From assembly GCA_002067235.1 (NCBI GenBank), contig MVQP01000006.1, positions 70 to 64,069 on the forward strand: a stretch of 64,000 nucleotides of DNA, written 5' to 3'. A program made the position numbers and the translations under genes. The notes beneath the pieces are model-generated. The model was not told the DNA's origin. It did no database searches and was given only the letters and a program-made list of their open reading frames with translations. The stretch is from Syntrophorhabdus sp. PtaB.Bin047. Its GTDB lineage: Bacteria; Desulfobacterota; Syntrophorhabdia; Syntrophorhabdales; Syntrophorhabdaceae. Shown in pieces: positions 63,316-64,000 of this stretch (its first letter is position 1; each line of letters opens with the position of its first letter).

Positions 63316-64000
63316 CAGCAGAGGACGCCATCGGACAGGATTTGCTCTCTGGGTCCTGTTCTTCTCTTTCTCGGTCTTTGCCGCGATCTCTTTCCAGAAG
63401 GTGTTGCTGCCCCTTCTGCCAGGGCTCCACGGCGGTCACGGATTGATCGGTGGAGGAGATTCCATCCTCTTTCACAGGATAGCGGCGGACCTTGCCGAGG
63501 CCATCCGTCTCCATGGATGGGGCCGTTTGACTCTGACCCCTTCGCAGGGTGTCACGGGCAACGTCTCCCTCCTTGCCGTCCTTTACATTGTCTTTGGTCC
63601 CGATCCATCCGTGATGGTCCCCATCAACGCCGCCGTACATGCCACCTCGGGTCTCCTCATCTTCCTCATAGCGCGCCTCCTGTGGCGTGACAGGCTCGGC
63701 ACCTTGTCGGGGATCATCGCGGCATCCCTTTTCGTTATCTTTCCCTCGGCGCTCAACTGGTACGGCCAAATCCACAAGGACGGGTTTTCGATCCTCGGCA
63801 TGCTCCTTATCTTCTATTCCTGGATACAGGTGGGCGGGTCGTCGCCAGGGTTGAAAAGAGCCCTCTGGATGGTCTTTGGCAACACCCTGGGGCTGATCCT
63901 CGTCGTGTTCGTGCGCCCTTACAACGTCATGCTTCTGCTGCTGTCAGGGTCTGTTCTGTGCTCCGTTCTCTTTGTCTATTACATCGTTACCCGGAAAGGA
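63308..64000 (+). CDS. polytopic membrane protein, 3'-truncated by the window end (possible GT-C-type glycosyltransferase)
   Basis: ORF read by hand from ATG 63308 with an 8-nt overlap with the DUF218 stop. No stop codon occurs up to 64000. It has several hydrophobic segments and is absent from the ORF track because it runs off the end. Confidence 0.55.
   Translation, partial: MVNSRGRHRTGFALWVLFFSFSVFAAISFQKVLLPLLPGLHGGHGLIGGGDSILFHRIAADLAEAIRLHGWGRLTLTPSQGVTGNVSLLAVLYIVFGPDPSVMVPINAAVHATSGLLIFLIARLLWRDRLGTLSGIIAASLFVIFPSALNWYGQIHKDGFSILGMLLIFYSWIQVGGSSPGLKRALWMVFGNTLGLILVVFVRPYNVMLLLLSGSVLCSVLFVYYIVTRKG

Noticed and set aside
28110-64000. Glycan locus considered as a horizontally acquired genomic island
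   Set aside because: No integrase, transposase, flanking tRNA or direct-repeat att-like sites are visible at the 5' boundary, and I see no obvious compositional shift by eye. This cannot be claimed without computed GC/codon statistics and the 3' boundary.

Overview
GC-rich bacterial chromosomal window with no rRNA, tRNA, CRISPR, transposase or integrase recognised. The gene content suggests a strictly anaerobic, deltaproteobacterium-like or syntroph-like organism, but that is a low-confidence inference. Positions 1-28,000 hold mostly core and metabolic genes. These include an ExeA-like ATPase with a secreted SNase; a beta-oxidation-type operon (Hbd, crotonase, SCP-x-type thiolase with its DUF35 partner); an acyl-CoA dehydrogenase followed by an orphan biotin-carrier and an orphan BcrAD/BadFG-type activase; and a TAXI-TRAP transporter. 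The same stretch carries ilvD, nadK-recN, an MNT/HepT toxin-antitoxin pair and a PmbA/TldD protease. Three 3'-end intergenic regions carry related palindromes built from GGTNATR heptamers. From about 28,110 to the window end, about 33 consecutive plus-strand genes, many with overlapping stop and start codons, form one large glycan (EPS/O-antigen-like) biosynthesis locus headed by a MarR-type regulator. It combines an sps/pse-like nonulosonic-acid gene set with features that are unusual for such a locus. (a) An FkbH - acyl carrier protein - AAC(3)-like N-acyltransferase cassette with a hotdog/SDR fusion and no PKS; I read it as an ACP-dependent glyceryl-type N-acyl decoration module for an amino sugar. 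(b) A second candidate keto-deoxy sugar acid route built around an HpcH-type aldolase and a KdsB-like cytidylyltransferase, with a GmhA-like SIS protein, a dehydroquinate-synthase-like enzyme and three dehydrogenases. (c) Two radical SAM enzymes, one SPASM-type and one B12-binding. (d) A carbamoyltransferase. (e) Large proteins of unassigned function that are candidate novel transferases. All functional calls rest on motif-level reading of the translated ORFs; no database search was run.
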